Shown here piece after piece: positions 1 through 14,910 of a stretch of 64,000 bases of DNA (position 1 is its first letter; every line of letters starts with the position of its first letter). The notes under the pieces were generated by a model, which saw only the letters and a list, made by a program, of their open reading frames with translations, made no database searches and had not been told where the DNA came from. This stretch comes from the human T2T-CHM13v2.0 reference genome, Homo sapiens, in the NCBI RefSeq assembly GCF_009914755.1, contig NC_060928.1, one strand, 5' to 3'. The position numbers and the translations under genes are program-made.

Positions 1-34
1 ATATACACACACACATATATATATTTGCTTCAGA

Positions 35-125
35 CTTGTGAAGTGTTGAAGATTAAACAAGTTTATTGTGTATAAATTGCTTAGAATAGTGCCTGGCAAA
101 TATATTATTTTTATGCCATTAATTA
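35..125 (+). mobile_element. MIR 3' fragment
   Basis: GTGTTGAAGATTAAACAAG...GCTTAGAATAGTGCCTGGCA resembles the MIR 3' core; boundaries approximate. Confidence 0.55.
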
Positions 126-2431
126 TTAACAGTACCATTATTGACATTACCATTACTATTGAAAATAAATTCTAAATTATTTATTTTACATAGATGAACT
201 ATTAGGAGAAAATAAACCTTTAAGTCAAAATGAATATTATTTTAATGTATGTTTCACTTCTTAAACCTAAACTTGATGAGAATTGCTTATTTGCTTCAAA
301 ATACCCATAAACATCTGGACTTGAAAAAATATTCTTCTCTCTCCTGCTGTCTGGTGTGGATCTTCTCACTCCAAAAGTGGGGCAGAAGAAACCAGAAGGA
401 TAGGTATATACAGCATAACTTATGAGCGCCTAAGTGTTAGGTCTGTGGCTGTCATCCCTCCCACCTTCTGTGAAATTCCTCCAGTTGGCGTAGGAAGTGA
501 CAAAGGTTCAGGAATCCTTGGATAAATATAAACACAAGTTTGAAAACTGTAACTGTGAGTTTGTTTGTTATAATGACTCATCCAGATGTAAGCAAACAAT
601 CTCATCAAGCTCTACACTTACTGGATTTCTAGAGTCACTTTCTTTTATGCTTAGGTATCAAAGTATGCCATACACCCTCAGAAGTTTTTGTTCTTTCTAG
701 GTGGCAAACTTCCTGAATAAATTTGTATTTAAATTAATATGTAACAATTGAATTTCACTTAGAATTGTTTTATTCTGATGTCTCACCTTTGTTACTAGCT
801 TGGTGCAACAATTGTGAGTTTTGCAATTACTTTTAATGGATATTAAATATTAATGTTTTTCCCAGTACAAACACAAATAAGGGCTTGTTTGATTTTTATA
901 TTTCAAAAGAAATAGGTCATTTGCCTTCAAAATGAACACATTGATGGCTTTCAGCTAGTGAAGTAGAAAATTTGGAAATGATACGCATTTGGGACATGAA
1001 TTTTACTTTGACTAAAAAGAAACCTTATTAATTATATATTATCTGTCTGGCCCACTACTGTCAATGTGATTTAAAAGATGAATGGTTAAGCTAGAATAGT
1101 GAAGAGAAAAACCACTGTACATATGTTATCTGATGTTTACACAAGCGTATTTATAAAGTAATGTTTAAATGTCGGGGCACATTTGCATTTATTTTTTCGG
1201 GAATAACATAATTAAAGAATGTGGGAAAAAAGTTTTCAGATAAACTATTTTTAAGTTCATATGTAGACTGTATGCCTTGTAGCAGAGAATAGAAGTGCAT
1301 ACAAAAATAATTATTCCCCTTCCATATTCACTATGGTGAATAGGTATGAATGATGAAATTTCCCTACTTGGAAAATATTTGCTTTCTTTGTTCTGCTACT
1401 TTGGGCCTTAACCTAGGTCTAAACTACAGAAGTTTGGGGGTAAAGATGAGAGAAGAAAACTTCTGTTTCTGCCTTTAAGTAAGAAAACAGATACTGTGCA
1501 GTAATTTCTAGTAGTGTTAGATTCTTTCCTCAAATATATTGTTCTTTGCCTTTGCTTTCAGTTCAAAAATGGTAGCTTGGGGACAAAAAGCAAAACCTTA
1601 TAGTAGGAAAGGAAAAACTTCCTTTGATAAATATTCCAGGGAGTAGGAAGAAATGAGCCCAGTAAAGGCAGAATGCCATGGATACACGGTAAAGGGATTC
1701 CCAGGGATACCACAAAGAATTCCACAAGTATACGCTTCCTAAGGAAGAAGACTGTGTTACATATTGAAGCATTTAATGCAATTTAATGAAAATAAGCAGA
1801 TACTATATACTGAAATGCACATATGCGTTACAGATTGGAGCTTTTCATCAGTAACATAATAACTCCCCTTAGGTTTCATAGGCCTTTCCCAAACAGGCAG
1901 ACAGACACATGTGATACTTGTGGAAAAAGATGGCTTTGCTTTTGTGAGATATGTAGTTGGATTAAGCTGATCAGAACAGAGGTTGTTCATTTTGTTTCTG
2001 CTCAATAATTTCTGGCCTCTTGACAAACCTAATTTACTTTTTTTAAAAAAAACAGAAAAGTACCATAAATATATGAACTACAGAATGTATGAATCTATTA
2101 GGAAAATGGGACATTTTCCCCACGTATGTGTAATTTGTTTTGTTATATAACACATTTATCATATATTGTCTGGCTATTTACCCCACAAAAATAGGCATGT
2201 GAGTTAAGTTTGCACACAATCTCTAAAATATAACTATCCCTGATGTGCAAGTATTTTTGAACTCAGAGGACTGTGTTGTAATTAATACTGATGGAGAAAC
2301 CAGAGTTAGAAATGTCTTTAGCAGACACTATAACACATTTCCAGCTTGGGCCTGGACTCACTGTAGGTGGCACTACACATGTGCAACACTGGTTGAAAAT
2401 AACTGAGCAGATTTAACACAATCATCTAGAG

Positions 2432-2618
2432 CAGGTATCAGCAAACTTTTTCTGTAATGGGACGGATAGTAAACATTGGGATTTGCAGGACATGCGCTCT
2501 CTGTACAACTCTTTAACTCTGCCACTATAGGCAAAAAGCAGCCACAGACAATGTGTAAATGAATGAATGTAGCTGTGTTCCAATAAAACTTTATTTAGAT
2601 TTGGCTTATCAAGGCCTG
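2432..2618 (+). mobile_element. MER58A (hAT-Charlie MITE)
   Basis: CAGGTATCAGCAAACTTTTTCTGTAA...GCTGTGTTCCAATAAAACTTTATTTA matches the recalled MER58A consensus; degenerate 8-bp TSD ATCTAGAG/ATCTAAAC. Confidence 0.85.
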
Positions 2619-2769
2619 ATCTAAACATGGTAGTTTTTTTAAAAAAATTGTGAGCTTGGGATGAATTTGGCCATAAATGTGAGTGTCCTTTTGGATTTAC
2701 ATTTATTTCTACTTACTTGATGTTGTTCTTTCCTTTTTTACATTTTAAAGTGTTGATATGACTGCATTT

Positions 2770-4766
<1,997 letters not shown>

Positions 4767-4957
4767 TGTAACCACATTTAAATATTCTTAAAAATTGCTC
4801 AATCTTGAACTTTCCCACAGAAGTTCCTTTGTTGAATGTCTTTAATTAAATGTAATGAATATAACCTGTTATATTTTAGAAAGTTTTAATAGAGGCTAAG
4901 ATGTCTGCAGGACAAGATAAAGTTAAATTAAGTAAGGAATATGAGACATAGAGTTAC

Positions 4958-4987
4958 AGTAGGATAGAAAATAGTAGGATAGAAAAT
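4958..4987. repeat. Perfect 15-bp tandem duplication
   Basis: AGTAGGATAGAAAAT x2. Confidence 0.9.
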
Positions 4988-5346
4988 TAAGAGGTAATAT
5001 GATGAGGTGCATAAAAGACAGTATTCACGTGCTAGATGTAGATCACGTTTTTATCTCAAAGCCTTCTAAACAGGTAATGTGAAAAAAGAAACATGATTTA
5101 TGTCAGAATGTTCAAAAGTTGAAATCTTATTTGTGCCACCAGCAAAATACAATGTGGGATTACTAATTCCAAGATATAAGAGAAATTTTTCTTGTGGTCT
5201 CCATCACTAAAACAATAGTAACGTCCTTGCAATTTATAAAATCTTTGTAAAAGGAGATTTTTGGTAAACACGTTGGTTGCTTAGGGTACCTTAACTGAAA
5301 CTTTTGGTTAAAATATTGGTTATATAATTGCTTCAATATTACTTTA

Positions 5347-8045
5347 CAGTTGACCCTTGAAAAACATAGGGGTTAGAGATGCTGACCCTCTGCTCAGTTG
5401 AAAATTCATGAACAACTTTTGACTCCCCCAAACCTAATTACTAATAGTCTACTATTAACCAGAAGTCTTACTGATAACACAAATAGTCAATTAACACATA
5501 TGATGTGTATGTATTATATAATGTATTCTCACAATAAATTAAGTTAGAGAAAGGAAAATGGTATTAAGAAAATCATAAGGAAGAGAAAATATATTTACTA
5601 TACAATAAGTGGAAATTGATCATCATAAAGGTCTTTCGTCCTGGTTGTGTTCACACTGAATAGGCTGAGGAAGAGAAGGAAAAGAAAGGGTTGGTCTTGC
5701 TGTCTCACGGGTGGCAGAGGTGGATGAGGTGAAGGAGGTGGAAGAAGAGGCAGGAGAATTAGGTATACTATGTGTAACCTTAAAGAAATACATTGTAATT
5801 TCTAACTTTTTTCTTTTTCATTTCTCTAAAAATGTTTCTCATGGTACCAATAATCTTTACACCATTTTACTTTAGTTTTAGCACTCACACAGAAAAGTCC
5901 GTGTGGTAAAAGAAGTCCAAAGCAGCCCTAAATAATCAACCCTCTGCCAAGTTGTCCAATGTCAATTTGTTTTCTGGCACTGCTTCTTCTATGACTTCTT
6001 TCTCATCACCTGGGACTGGGTCGGAAATACTGATCTCCATCAAGTTCCTTCTGTTAATACCTCCAGTGTGATGTTTATTAGCTCTTGAATTTATGTAAGA
6101 TCCACATCTTGAAACCCTTTCCTCCCTACTTTTTTTTTAGATATATCCAGAAGCTCTTTCATGATTTCCTTGATTGGCTATGTTGTAAATCTTGTGATGT
6201 TACAGAATTTTCTCCAGCAGAAATTTATTGTTTTGATCTTGATAACTTTCATGACTTTTTCTATCACAAATGTGGGCATCTTCACTGGTGTAATTTTCCA
6301 GACTCGTGGTCTCTCAATCGTGTTTCTCTTCCACAGCTTGGACAATCTTTTTTATAGAGTACCATTTATTATGAGCCTTCATAATCCTTATGACCCCTTG
6401 ATCTAGAAGCTGAATTAGAGATATCTTTGGCAGCAAATAGACTTCTTTGATGCCTTTGATGTTGAACTCATGGGATTCTGAGTGGCCAAGGGTTTGTCTA
6501 ATCAAAAGAATGCTAAAAGGCAGCCCTTTACTAGAAAGGTACCTTCTGGCATCAAGGACAAAGCATCAATTGAACCAATCCAGAAAAATGGTTCTTGTCC
6601 AGGTCTGCTTGTTGTAAAACCAAAAGACTAGCAGCTGGTGTTTATCTTTCCCTTCAAGGCTTGGGGGTTTGCAGCTTTATACAAAAGGTCAGTCCTGATC
6701 GTAAACTCAACTTCATTTACATAAAACAGTAGAGTTAGCCTATCCCTTTCTGCCTTAAATCCTAGTGCTCACTTCTCTTCATTATTAATATCCTTTAAGA
6801 CATTTTTTTTCCAGAATAGGGTACTTTTGTCTACATTAAAATCCCCTTCAGGTCGATATCTTTTCTCCTCAATACTTTTCTTTGTGGGAATTCATCTGCT
6901 ATCTCTTGGTCAATAGAAAGTGCTTCTGCTGTTATTTTGATATTTTTTAAGCCAAACTTATTTCTAAAACTATTAAATCATCCTTTGCTGGCATTAAATC
7001 CTCCAGCTTTAGATTCTGCACTTTCCTTTTGCTTGTCATAAAATGACTTCGTTTTTTATCAAATCATGTTAGAGTCCATCTAGGCTTTAACCATATTAAA
7101 GTCTAAAGACTCTATCTTATTGCTATAAAGAAAGAGCATTTCCTATTGCAATCTTGTGTCCACATAAAAGCTACATTTTCAATATAAGATAATAAGATAT
7201 CTTGCAAAAAGTACAAGGTTTGTTCACCTGCTGGCATAGTTGTAGAAAGGGCTTCATGTATCTTTTTTTTTTTTTAACAATGATCCTTACCCTGCATTCA
7301 TTTATCTTGAAATGGCAGGCAAACACAACTGCAGACCTCAATTTAAAGTATATGTCAAGCAATTAACCTTTTTTCTTGCAATTTCATGACTTTCCTCTGC
7401 TTTTGGGAGCAGTTCCTGCATCACTAATGGCACTTTATTTTGAGTCCTATCATGTTATTCAAGGTTTATGATATTGCACTAAACATGGCAAATATATGAC
7501 TATAATGAGAGATCTCTTTTTACTGTGATAAACAGTTTACTGTAGTGAGGAACTGCTCACATAGAGACGATTAACATCACAAGGTATTTTCAGCAGATAC
7601 TCACAACACTTCGACTCACTGCAATAGCAACAAGATGTGGCTACAAAATTATTACAGTAGTACAGTATGTATTGCAGTTAATTTTATGTGGTTTTGATTT
7701 AATACTGGATCTTTACATTTGTTTACATTTCTCTGGACTGTGAATGAGGTCATGTATTGTCAATAAGTGTGTGTATAAATTTTGATAAATTTTAACTTTT
7801 GTAATAGATTTGTGCGTATTTTATGGTAGTAAAGGATAAAATAGAATAATATCTACATATATTTTACTCATTCATGACATATCTAACTTTTTATTTTTTT
7901 AGTTATTTCTAGGCTATGAGGTTTATCTGTGAGTTTTTTCAAATTTTCTCAAGTCTCCTGAAAATTTTCTAATATATTTGTTGAAAAAGATCTGTGTATA
8001 AATGGTCCTGCGCCATGAAAATCCCTGTTATTCAAGGGTCAACTG
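5347..8045 (-). mobile_element. Full-length Tigger2 (TcMar-Tigger/pogo DNA transposon), transposase decayed
   Basis: Terminal inverted repeats CAGTTGACCCTTGAA / TTCAAGGGTCAACTG, TA on both sides, 2699 bp. Minus-strand transposase fragments LLDIYFKLRSAVVFACHFKINECRVRIIVKK and LIQLLDQGVIRIMKAH. Confidence 0.93.
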
Positions 8046-9139
8046 TATTTTGAAGAAAACCTTAGTGTTAATATAACAGATCTCTAAAGGGGCAATGATA
8101 AAATGTGTTAAATAAAGTAAAAGGGAAGATTGGACATTAAAATAGTAATTGGAATTAAACCCATCTTCAATGTACTGAGAACTGTGGCTCAGAAAACACC
8201 AGAAGTCACAATCTTTGGAAAAGAATAGACGGAAAAACCTTAACAAGTTATTTCTTATGGCATAGGTAGCCTTTTGCCCAAATCATAAGGCAGAGGAATG
8301 TTCTCCTGGGAGCCCACTTAGGGAGCGAGAAAAAGACAGAGCTGAGAATCAGGCTGGGACAGATACGAAGATAATACTGTACTTGGGGTTTATACCTCAA
8401 AAACATGTAGGGAGGAATAAAGGCAGCCAGAAACCAGAATTTAGTGCAACACTGGGAAACTGAAAGCAACAGGAGTGGAGTCATGGGATTTCTGTATAAG
8501 CAGAGACAGCCAGCTACAACTTAGTTTTACAGTATAGTAAGTGAATAGGTAAAGCCAAGGAGACAACAAAGCAGTGGAATGGAAACAGTAGCAGCAAAAT
8601 TCCTTGAATTAGAAAAAGAACTCAAATCTAAAGGAAGTCTTAAAAACATTTTCAAGAATTACCTTTTTAGAGTTATTTCTCTCAGAATATGATCACCTTG
8701 GCAGTAACAAGCTTGGAATCCCCAAAAAGGATGAATAAAAAGCACCTGAGTACATAAATGCATAAATATGAAACAAAAGGAAAATAGGCAGAGGTCAGAT
8801 TTCTATTGTAAAATATTAACCTATAATTGAATCTTAATATTTGTCTATTTATAGGTAGCTTGGGTGAAATTATACAAGTCACTTTGTGTAGGGAAGAGCT
8901 AGCATTTACTAGGAGAAAAAAAACACTTCATTTTACGTTTGCAATTTCATTTAAACTTTGGAAGAATGCTGATTCTGCATCTAAATCGCAGGACTATTAA
9001 ACAGCTTTCCTAAGGCCTCATATCTATGTGAGTCAGTCTTGAATCTTACTTCCACTTCCCTGGCTGACTCCTCTCCAGGGCACTCCTTCCCATCACAAGT
9101 TGACTTTGGGTCTGGACACAGCATTGTTGCAACAAGAAT

Positions 9140-9435
9140 GTAAACTAGAGCAACTGCTGTGCTTTGAATCCTGACTCAGCCACTCATGCCTCTCTAGGAC
9201 TTGAGGCATGTTAGTTACTTTTCCTGCATGTCAGTTTCTGCATCTATAGAGTGGGATGACAGAACCTGCCTCACAGTCACAGAGGGAGGATGAAATGAGA
9301 TAGTGAAAGTCCAGCACTTCTTTGGAGCTCGCAGGACTACCATATCTTAAAGTTCCCATTAAATAACTGGACAGGGGCAAAGCTGCAGCACAGTATTACA
9401 AGCACATAGTAAGCACTCAATGTGAAGTTACTGTG
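9140..9435 (+). mobile_element. MIR, interrupted
   Basis: TTTGAATCCTGACTCAGCCACT...TCAGTTTCTGCATCTATAGAGTGGG...GCACATAGTAAGCACTCAA. Confidence 0.7.
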
Positions 9436-9927
9436 ATTCAAACAAAGCAAAATGGATATTTTTGACAATATTTATTGGCTACATATGACATTATTATAGC
9501 TCCTTCTACAAAAAAATGCAAGAAATCTTTGCATCCCACCAAAAAATAGCTAAAATGGGAATTTCTTATCATTATAATTCTTCATTTCAACTTTGTTTAA
9601 TTATATCCTAGACAACAAGGGATTTAGTTTATTTTCTTTAGCTATTCTAGTAAAAGCTTCACATACAAATGTTCAGTTTCATTCACAGCTAATATTTTTT
9701 TCAATAAATAACATAATACTTCTTTTACAAAATACAGTTAGAATCTATATTTGTCTGGCTTATCATAAGTAGTCACAATTCTTGCTCCACATTCATTGAA
9801 GTTAATACAAAAACTTGTCAGAAAACCAACAATCTAACCACAGTAAGTTATGTAGATTTTAAAGTCATGTAGATTTTACCAAATATTTCAACCCCCCTTA
9901 ACATAAACTTTTATAAAATACATTCCG

Positions 9928-10237
9928 GGCTGAGCATAGTGGCTCATGCCTATAATCCCAACACTTTGGGAGACTGAGGAGGGCAGATAACTTGAGCCCA
10001 GGAGTTCGAGATCAGCCTGGGCAACATAGGGAGACCCTGTCTCTACAAATATACAAAAATTAGTCAGGCATGGTGGTGCGTGACTGTAGTCACAGGTATT
10101 TGGGAGGCTGAGGTGGGAAGAATGCCAGCACCCAGGAAGTTGAGGTTGCAGTGAGCTTTGATTCACGCCACTGCATTCCAGTCCAGCCAGGGCAAGGAGA
10201 GTGAGACTGTTTCCAACACACACACACACACACACAC
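9928..10237 (+). mobile_element. AluJ with (CA)n tail
   Basis: Dimeric Alu with J-type CTTGAGCCCAGGAGTTCGAG; (CA)n at about 10217-10237. Confidence 0.93.
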
Positions 10238-10894
10238 TCTTAAATTCTTTTAGTTTTACCCCTTTAAGATCTCCCTGCAACTGCAACCTCTTTCTTCTGT
10301 CTTCCCCACACAGTCACATCCAATCCTTCCTATTTTGCACAGATTCTCTCCTTAGTTTAAATTACCTACTCAGGAAAACAAACTCAAAAATTAGCTAATT
10401 TTTAACGAAAGCCACTGAGAAAACAGCTCAACTGAAAGAAAGAGCTGAGTCCCTTGTTTCTTAAACGTTGCCTTCCTGTTCTCACCCTGAGAGAGGTCAT
10501 CTACCCCAGTGAAATCTTTGTCAGAAATAGTTTCAATGCTTGAGAGATACTTGAAGCTACCTATTTGTACGTTTTGACCACTCTGTGCCCTTTCTCTCTA
10601 CCTGAGTGTTCCTCTAGACTAAAGTAGTCTCAGAGTGGGGCTAGCAGGCCCTCCATGATGTCTATGCAACCCTCTGTCCCTGACCTACCAGCAGCCAGCA
10701 CAGACTGAGGCAACAGTATTCAAATAGGATGAAAAGATGTTCATAGCTTATTTGAATGTTAAGTGTCTTTCTTTATGCAGTTGCTTTGTTGTTTATGTTG
10801 TCATAGAATAAATAGTATGGTGGTTTATTTTTGTTTCTTTTGAAAAGTGCATAGTTGATTTAATGTATATTCATGTTTCATAATGTATTCTCTG

Positions 10895-10970
10895 ATATGT
10901 CTCTCTATACATGTATTCTCTAGTCTCTCTCTATATATTCTCTCTCTCTCTCTCCATATATATATATATG
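10895..10970. repeat. Compound (TC)n/(TA)n microsatellite
   Basis: Direct reading. Confidence 0.85.
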
Positions 10971-12717
10971 CCCTTCTGGCACATGTGGAGGTTACTTTAT
11001 GATCTTGGTATAGGGGAGATGTTACAATGTCATGTTTCTTAAGGCTTTGATGCTGTCTCATTATTTTTACCTAGACAATATATACTCTTTTCCAGAAACA
11101 TATGCAAATGCAGGCTTCTTTATGAACCCTTCCTTTCCCTTCCTGAGACAAGTTAATCAGCCTCTTCTGAATTGCTTCTATTGTTTGCTCCTCAAAGGCA
11201 TTCCATATTGTTCTAATATAAATTTTCTTCTCCCTGACTCTTACAGAGGTATTCCTGTTGCATAGAAAACTACTTGCCATATAGAACATGAAGTATTTAT
11301 GTTAATTGAATATATTGAAGCCAGTGAGGCAGATTACTGGTTTGATTTTTCAGATATTAATTTTGATAAGCAGTGGTTTTGCAGTTGGTTTTTAACCAGA
11401 TAAACAAAAATGTATTTAATGCAGATGGGCACAAGTGAACAACACTCATGATTGGATTTGCAAAACAAAAATCTCTATGTGCACTTTTTTTGAAATCAAG
11501 GCAAACCAAAGGATTTTTTATAAATATTGTTATTCTACTAGAAATTACATCACTTTTCCCCTATTGCTATGAAATTTAGTGGTTTATATTGTTCAGTGTA
11601 GATATGTTATCGTAGAAATTATTGTTCTGACTTTCCTCAAAACTAGCTTTGTGAACCCATGTGTGTGTGCGTGTGTGTGAGGGAGTATACAGAATAGAAT
11701 TAATTCTTGTTCAGTGATCGCATTATAGAAAGTGCATTGAACAACGGCTAGTGGCAATTATATGTGTGCATGTAAACACAGCAACACACCAGCCCTGGCC
11801 TCCTTCTGGTGCAACAGGCAGTGTCATGACTTTACTATGTCCAGTGGAATTAATATTGGACATGTGTAATTCTATCATTCATCACTGTTTCTCTTTCTTA
11901 GATATGGTAATAGAGTATATTATTTACTATAAAAAAATTTAAATTAACACCTACAAACTGTTGCAAAATAATTGAAGAGTACACCAATTAACCTTCCTCC
12001 CATTTTGGAGTAATTTCTTTAAGATAATTTCTGTCTTCTAAGTGGTTTAATTCATTTTGCTCGCAACCATTTCAAGAGCAGGCTGTTGTCTTTATAAAGC
12101 TCTCTAAACGGGCTCCAAATTTGTGAAAAGAAGAAAATGTCTTTACAATTATGAATATTTCTGTAACTTTCAAGAGATTCTTGTGTTATTTGCCTCATTT
12201 CCCAAAGTGTTAGATGGAAGTGAAAATTACTCCCTACTAATAATGCCAACACTATAATTCAGTTACTTTTCTATGCTCGAATAATTATCTGACATTAAAA
12301 TTAAGAATAACCGACTTGATCTCACTTAACTTTATGTTCGGGTCTTTCATCTTGTGCACTGATGACAGCTGGAGTCCTGAACTACTCTGCAATATTTCCT
12401 TCAAAATACCAGCACTGAGGTATAGTCTTCTGACAGTTAATAAAGACAGGAACATGGCATAAAAATCCTCTAAGACTTAATCACAATTGGATAGATAGCA
12501 ATAAAGTATTCTAAAAATGTAATAAAATGTCTGTATTGATGATAACGAACCTGGAGGTATTTTCTGGAGAGAAGAATTGTGTTCATAATTACTCCTCAAA
12601 TGTATTAACTTTTACTTCTTGGGGATTCTAATGGTATTGCTGATTTTGTTAGCTTGGTTTGACTTTGGGTTTTACAATTTTTTCCTTAACTCCCTTGTCT
12701 GTATTGAATATTCTTCA

Positions 12718-12798
12718 CTCCATCCTCATCATCACTGTCCATCATCATCATCACTGTCCATCATCACTGTCCTAACCAACATCACTGTCCTAACCATG
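12718..12798. repeat. (CAT)n-derived minisatellite with CATCACTGTCC units
   Basis: CATCACTGTCC occurs four times; the last two copies extend with TAACCA. Confidence 0.85.
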
Positions 12799-13988
12799 AT
12801 TGTAAACAGTAGGACTAAAGAGAAGGAAAATATCCTTCCTTTCATTTACACTGCTTACTTTTATATGCAACATATCTCTTACATAGTATTTTGTTTACTG
12901 AAAATGGGCAGTTTTAAGATAATATGAAAGAACTTATTTCCCTTAAGATTAAATTATATGAAACTGTTGAATCTAAATTCAGGCTTTATAATCAAGCTAG
13001 AGGGAAAAATACTCCTTCTGGAGTTCAAGTTTTTGGCAGCACTTTAGGATGGGACTGGTGGCTGTGATACTGGATAGCTACTGAACAAGAAATAACATCA
13101 CTTAGAGTTTGGAACCCAGTGCTAGTTTGTGCCAAATTCTTTGTCTTCATAAATATTTATGAGTGATTTCTGCCATCTCGTTAGAATGTAATTCAAAGAC
13201 AACAGGTGCAAGCAATGATTGCTCAAGCTAGGCCAACTAACTTTGTTATTGTGTTCCAAGTTTTACATTTAGAAGAATCTGTAGAGAGTTGTCTCTGTGA
13301 CATCTTTGCTTTATTGATTTCATTTAAAAGATGTTGGTTGGGCACTTCTAAATTTCAGTGACCTGCTTCCAGTGAGCTGCAGTCTAGTTTGAAAAACAAA
13401 TGCTAAAGGAAAAATTATACAAGTAATCCTTTAGTTACATTTGGGAAGAGTGTCATGGAAGAAATATAGAGTGAACTGTGAGAGTCTGCCTCATGCAGAC
13501 TGTTAAAGAAGGTGTACTGGGACTTGCAGAATGAGTCGGAGTTCACTAGGCCAAGTGGAGCTGAAAAGGAATGGAGGGAGACCACTCAGGAGAGATTCAG
13601 ATGCCTGAGTTAGGGTCTTGAGGCAGAATGGCACTTGCTCCTCCTAAAAGCAGAAAGAAGACAACAGTGGCTGGGGCACAGTGAGTCAAGGAGGGAAGGT
13701 GAGACTAGCAAAATAATCAGAAATGAGATCTTAAAAAGTTTTGTAAGTCATGCTAAACAATCATATTCATCCAAGGCATTGGACAAATATCTATTGATGG
13801 CTTACTGTTACTGTGTGCCAAGCACTTTTCTAGGTGCTGGAAATATGGCAGTGATTGAAAGAAAAAAAAACACTCTTGCACTTAAACGACATTAGGGAGA
13901 CAGGAAATATGTAAGTGAGTAAATATATTGTAGGTCAATAAGGGTTATGGAGAAAAATAAAATAATGAGGATATAAAATCGCAAACAT

Positions 13989-14286
13989 GGCCGGGCGCGG
14001 TGGCTCACGTCTGTAATCCCAGCACTTTGGGAGGCCAAGGCAGGCGGATCACGAGGTCAGGAGATGAAGACCATCTGGCTAATATGGCGAAACCCTGTCT
14101 CTACTAAAAATACAAAAAATTAGCTGGGCATGGTGGCACACACCTGTAGTCCCAGCTACTCCAGAGGCTGAGGCAGGAGACTCGCTTGAACCCAGGACAG
14201 GAGGTGGAGGTTGCAGTGAGCTGTGATCGTGCCACTGCACTGCAGCCTGGGTGACAGAGAGACACTCCATCTAAAAGAAAAAAAAA
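13989..14286 (+). mobile_element. AluS (Sc-like)
   Basis: Full Alu from GGCCGGGCGCGG; TSD AAAATCGCAAACA/AAAATTGCAAACA. Confidence 0.95.
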
Positions 14287-14418
14287 TTGCAAACAAAGGG
14301 GTGCTATTTTACTAGGATGCTCAGAGAAAACCTTATTATAAAGAGACACGTAGGTAGATAATTGAAGAATGTGAAAACTGAGTAACATAGATATCTTGGA
14401 AAATGATGATTCATTAAG

Positions 14419-14910
14419 CAGGAGTTTTCAGTCTGGCCTCCCTCCTAGAATTCAGGTAGCCTATGAACTTGATTTGGAAAAAAATATGGAAATATTCCTC
14501 CCAATAACCTGTATGTGAAATTTAGTGTTCCCTTCAATTTTGAATTTTATCAGTAATCCACAAGAGTCCTAGCAGCACCTGTAATGTTGGTACTTAATTT
14601 ACAGATATTGTATTTTATATAACAGTGTTAAGATACCCTGAAATATCATTTACTGTCATCTCTATTTTGGCATTATGATTATTCTTAGATGTGCTGCTAG
14701 ATCTCAGTTTGATGAATTAATTAAAAAGCATATATGTTACTATAAAAATTTGCTTTAAAATCTTTTTGATACTTTTGTTTCAATAGAATTGATTACATTT
14801 GTAATTCTGTGAATTTTGTATGCATTATGAAACATCTTTCTGAGAAACCTCTATCTGCTTTACCTCCTTCCAGGAAGGGTCCGTGGTGCAGAAAATATGA
14901 AGAGTCTCCA
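14419..14910 (+). mobile_element. hAT-Charlie non-autonomous element (Charlie4a-like)
   Basis: TAGAATTCAGG...TGAACTTG...GCTGCTAGATCT...GGGTCCGTGG resembles the recalled ~500-bp consensus. Confidence 0.7.
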
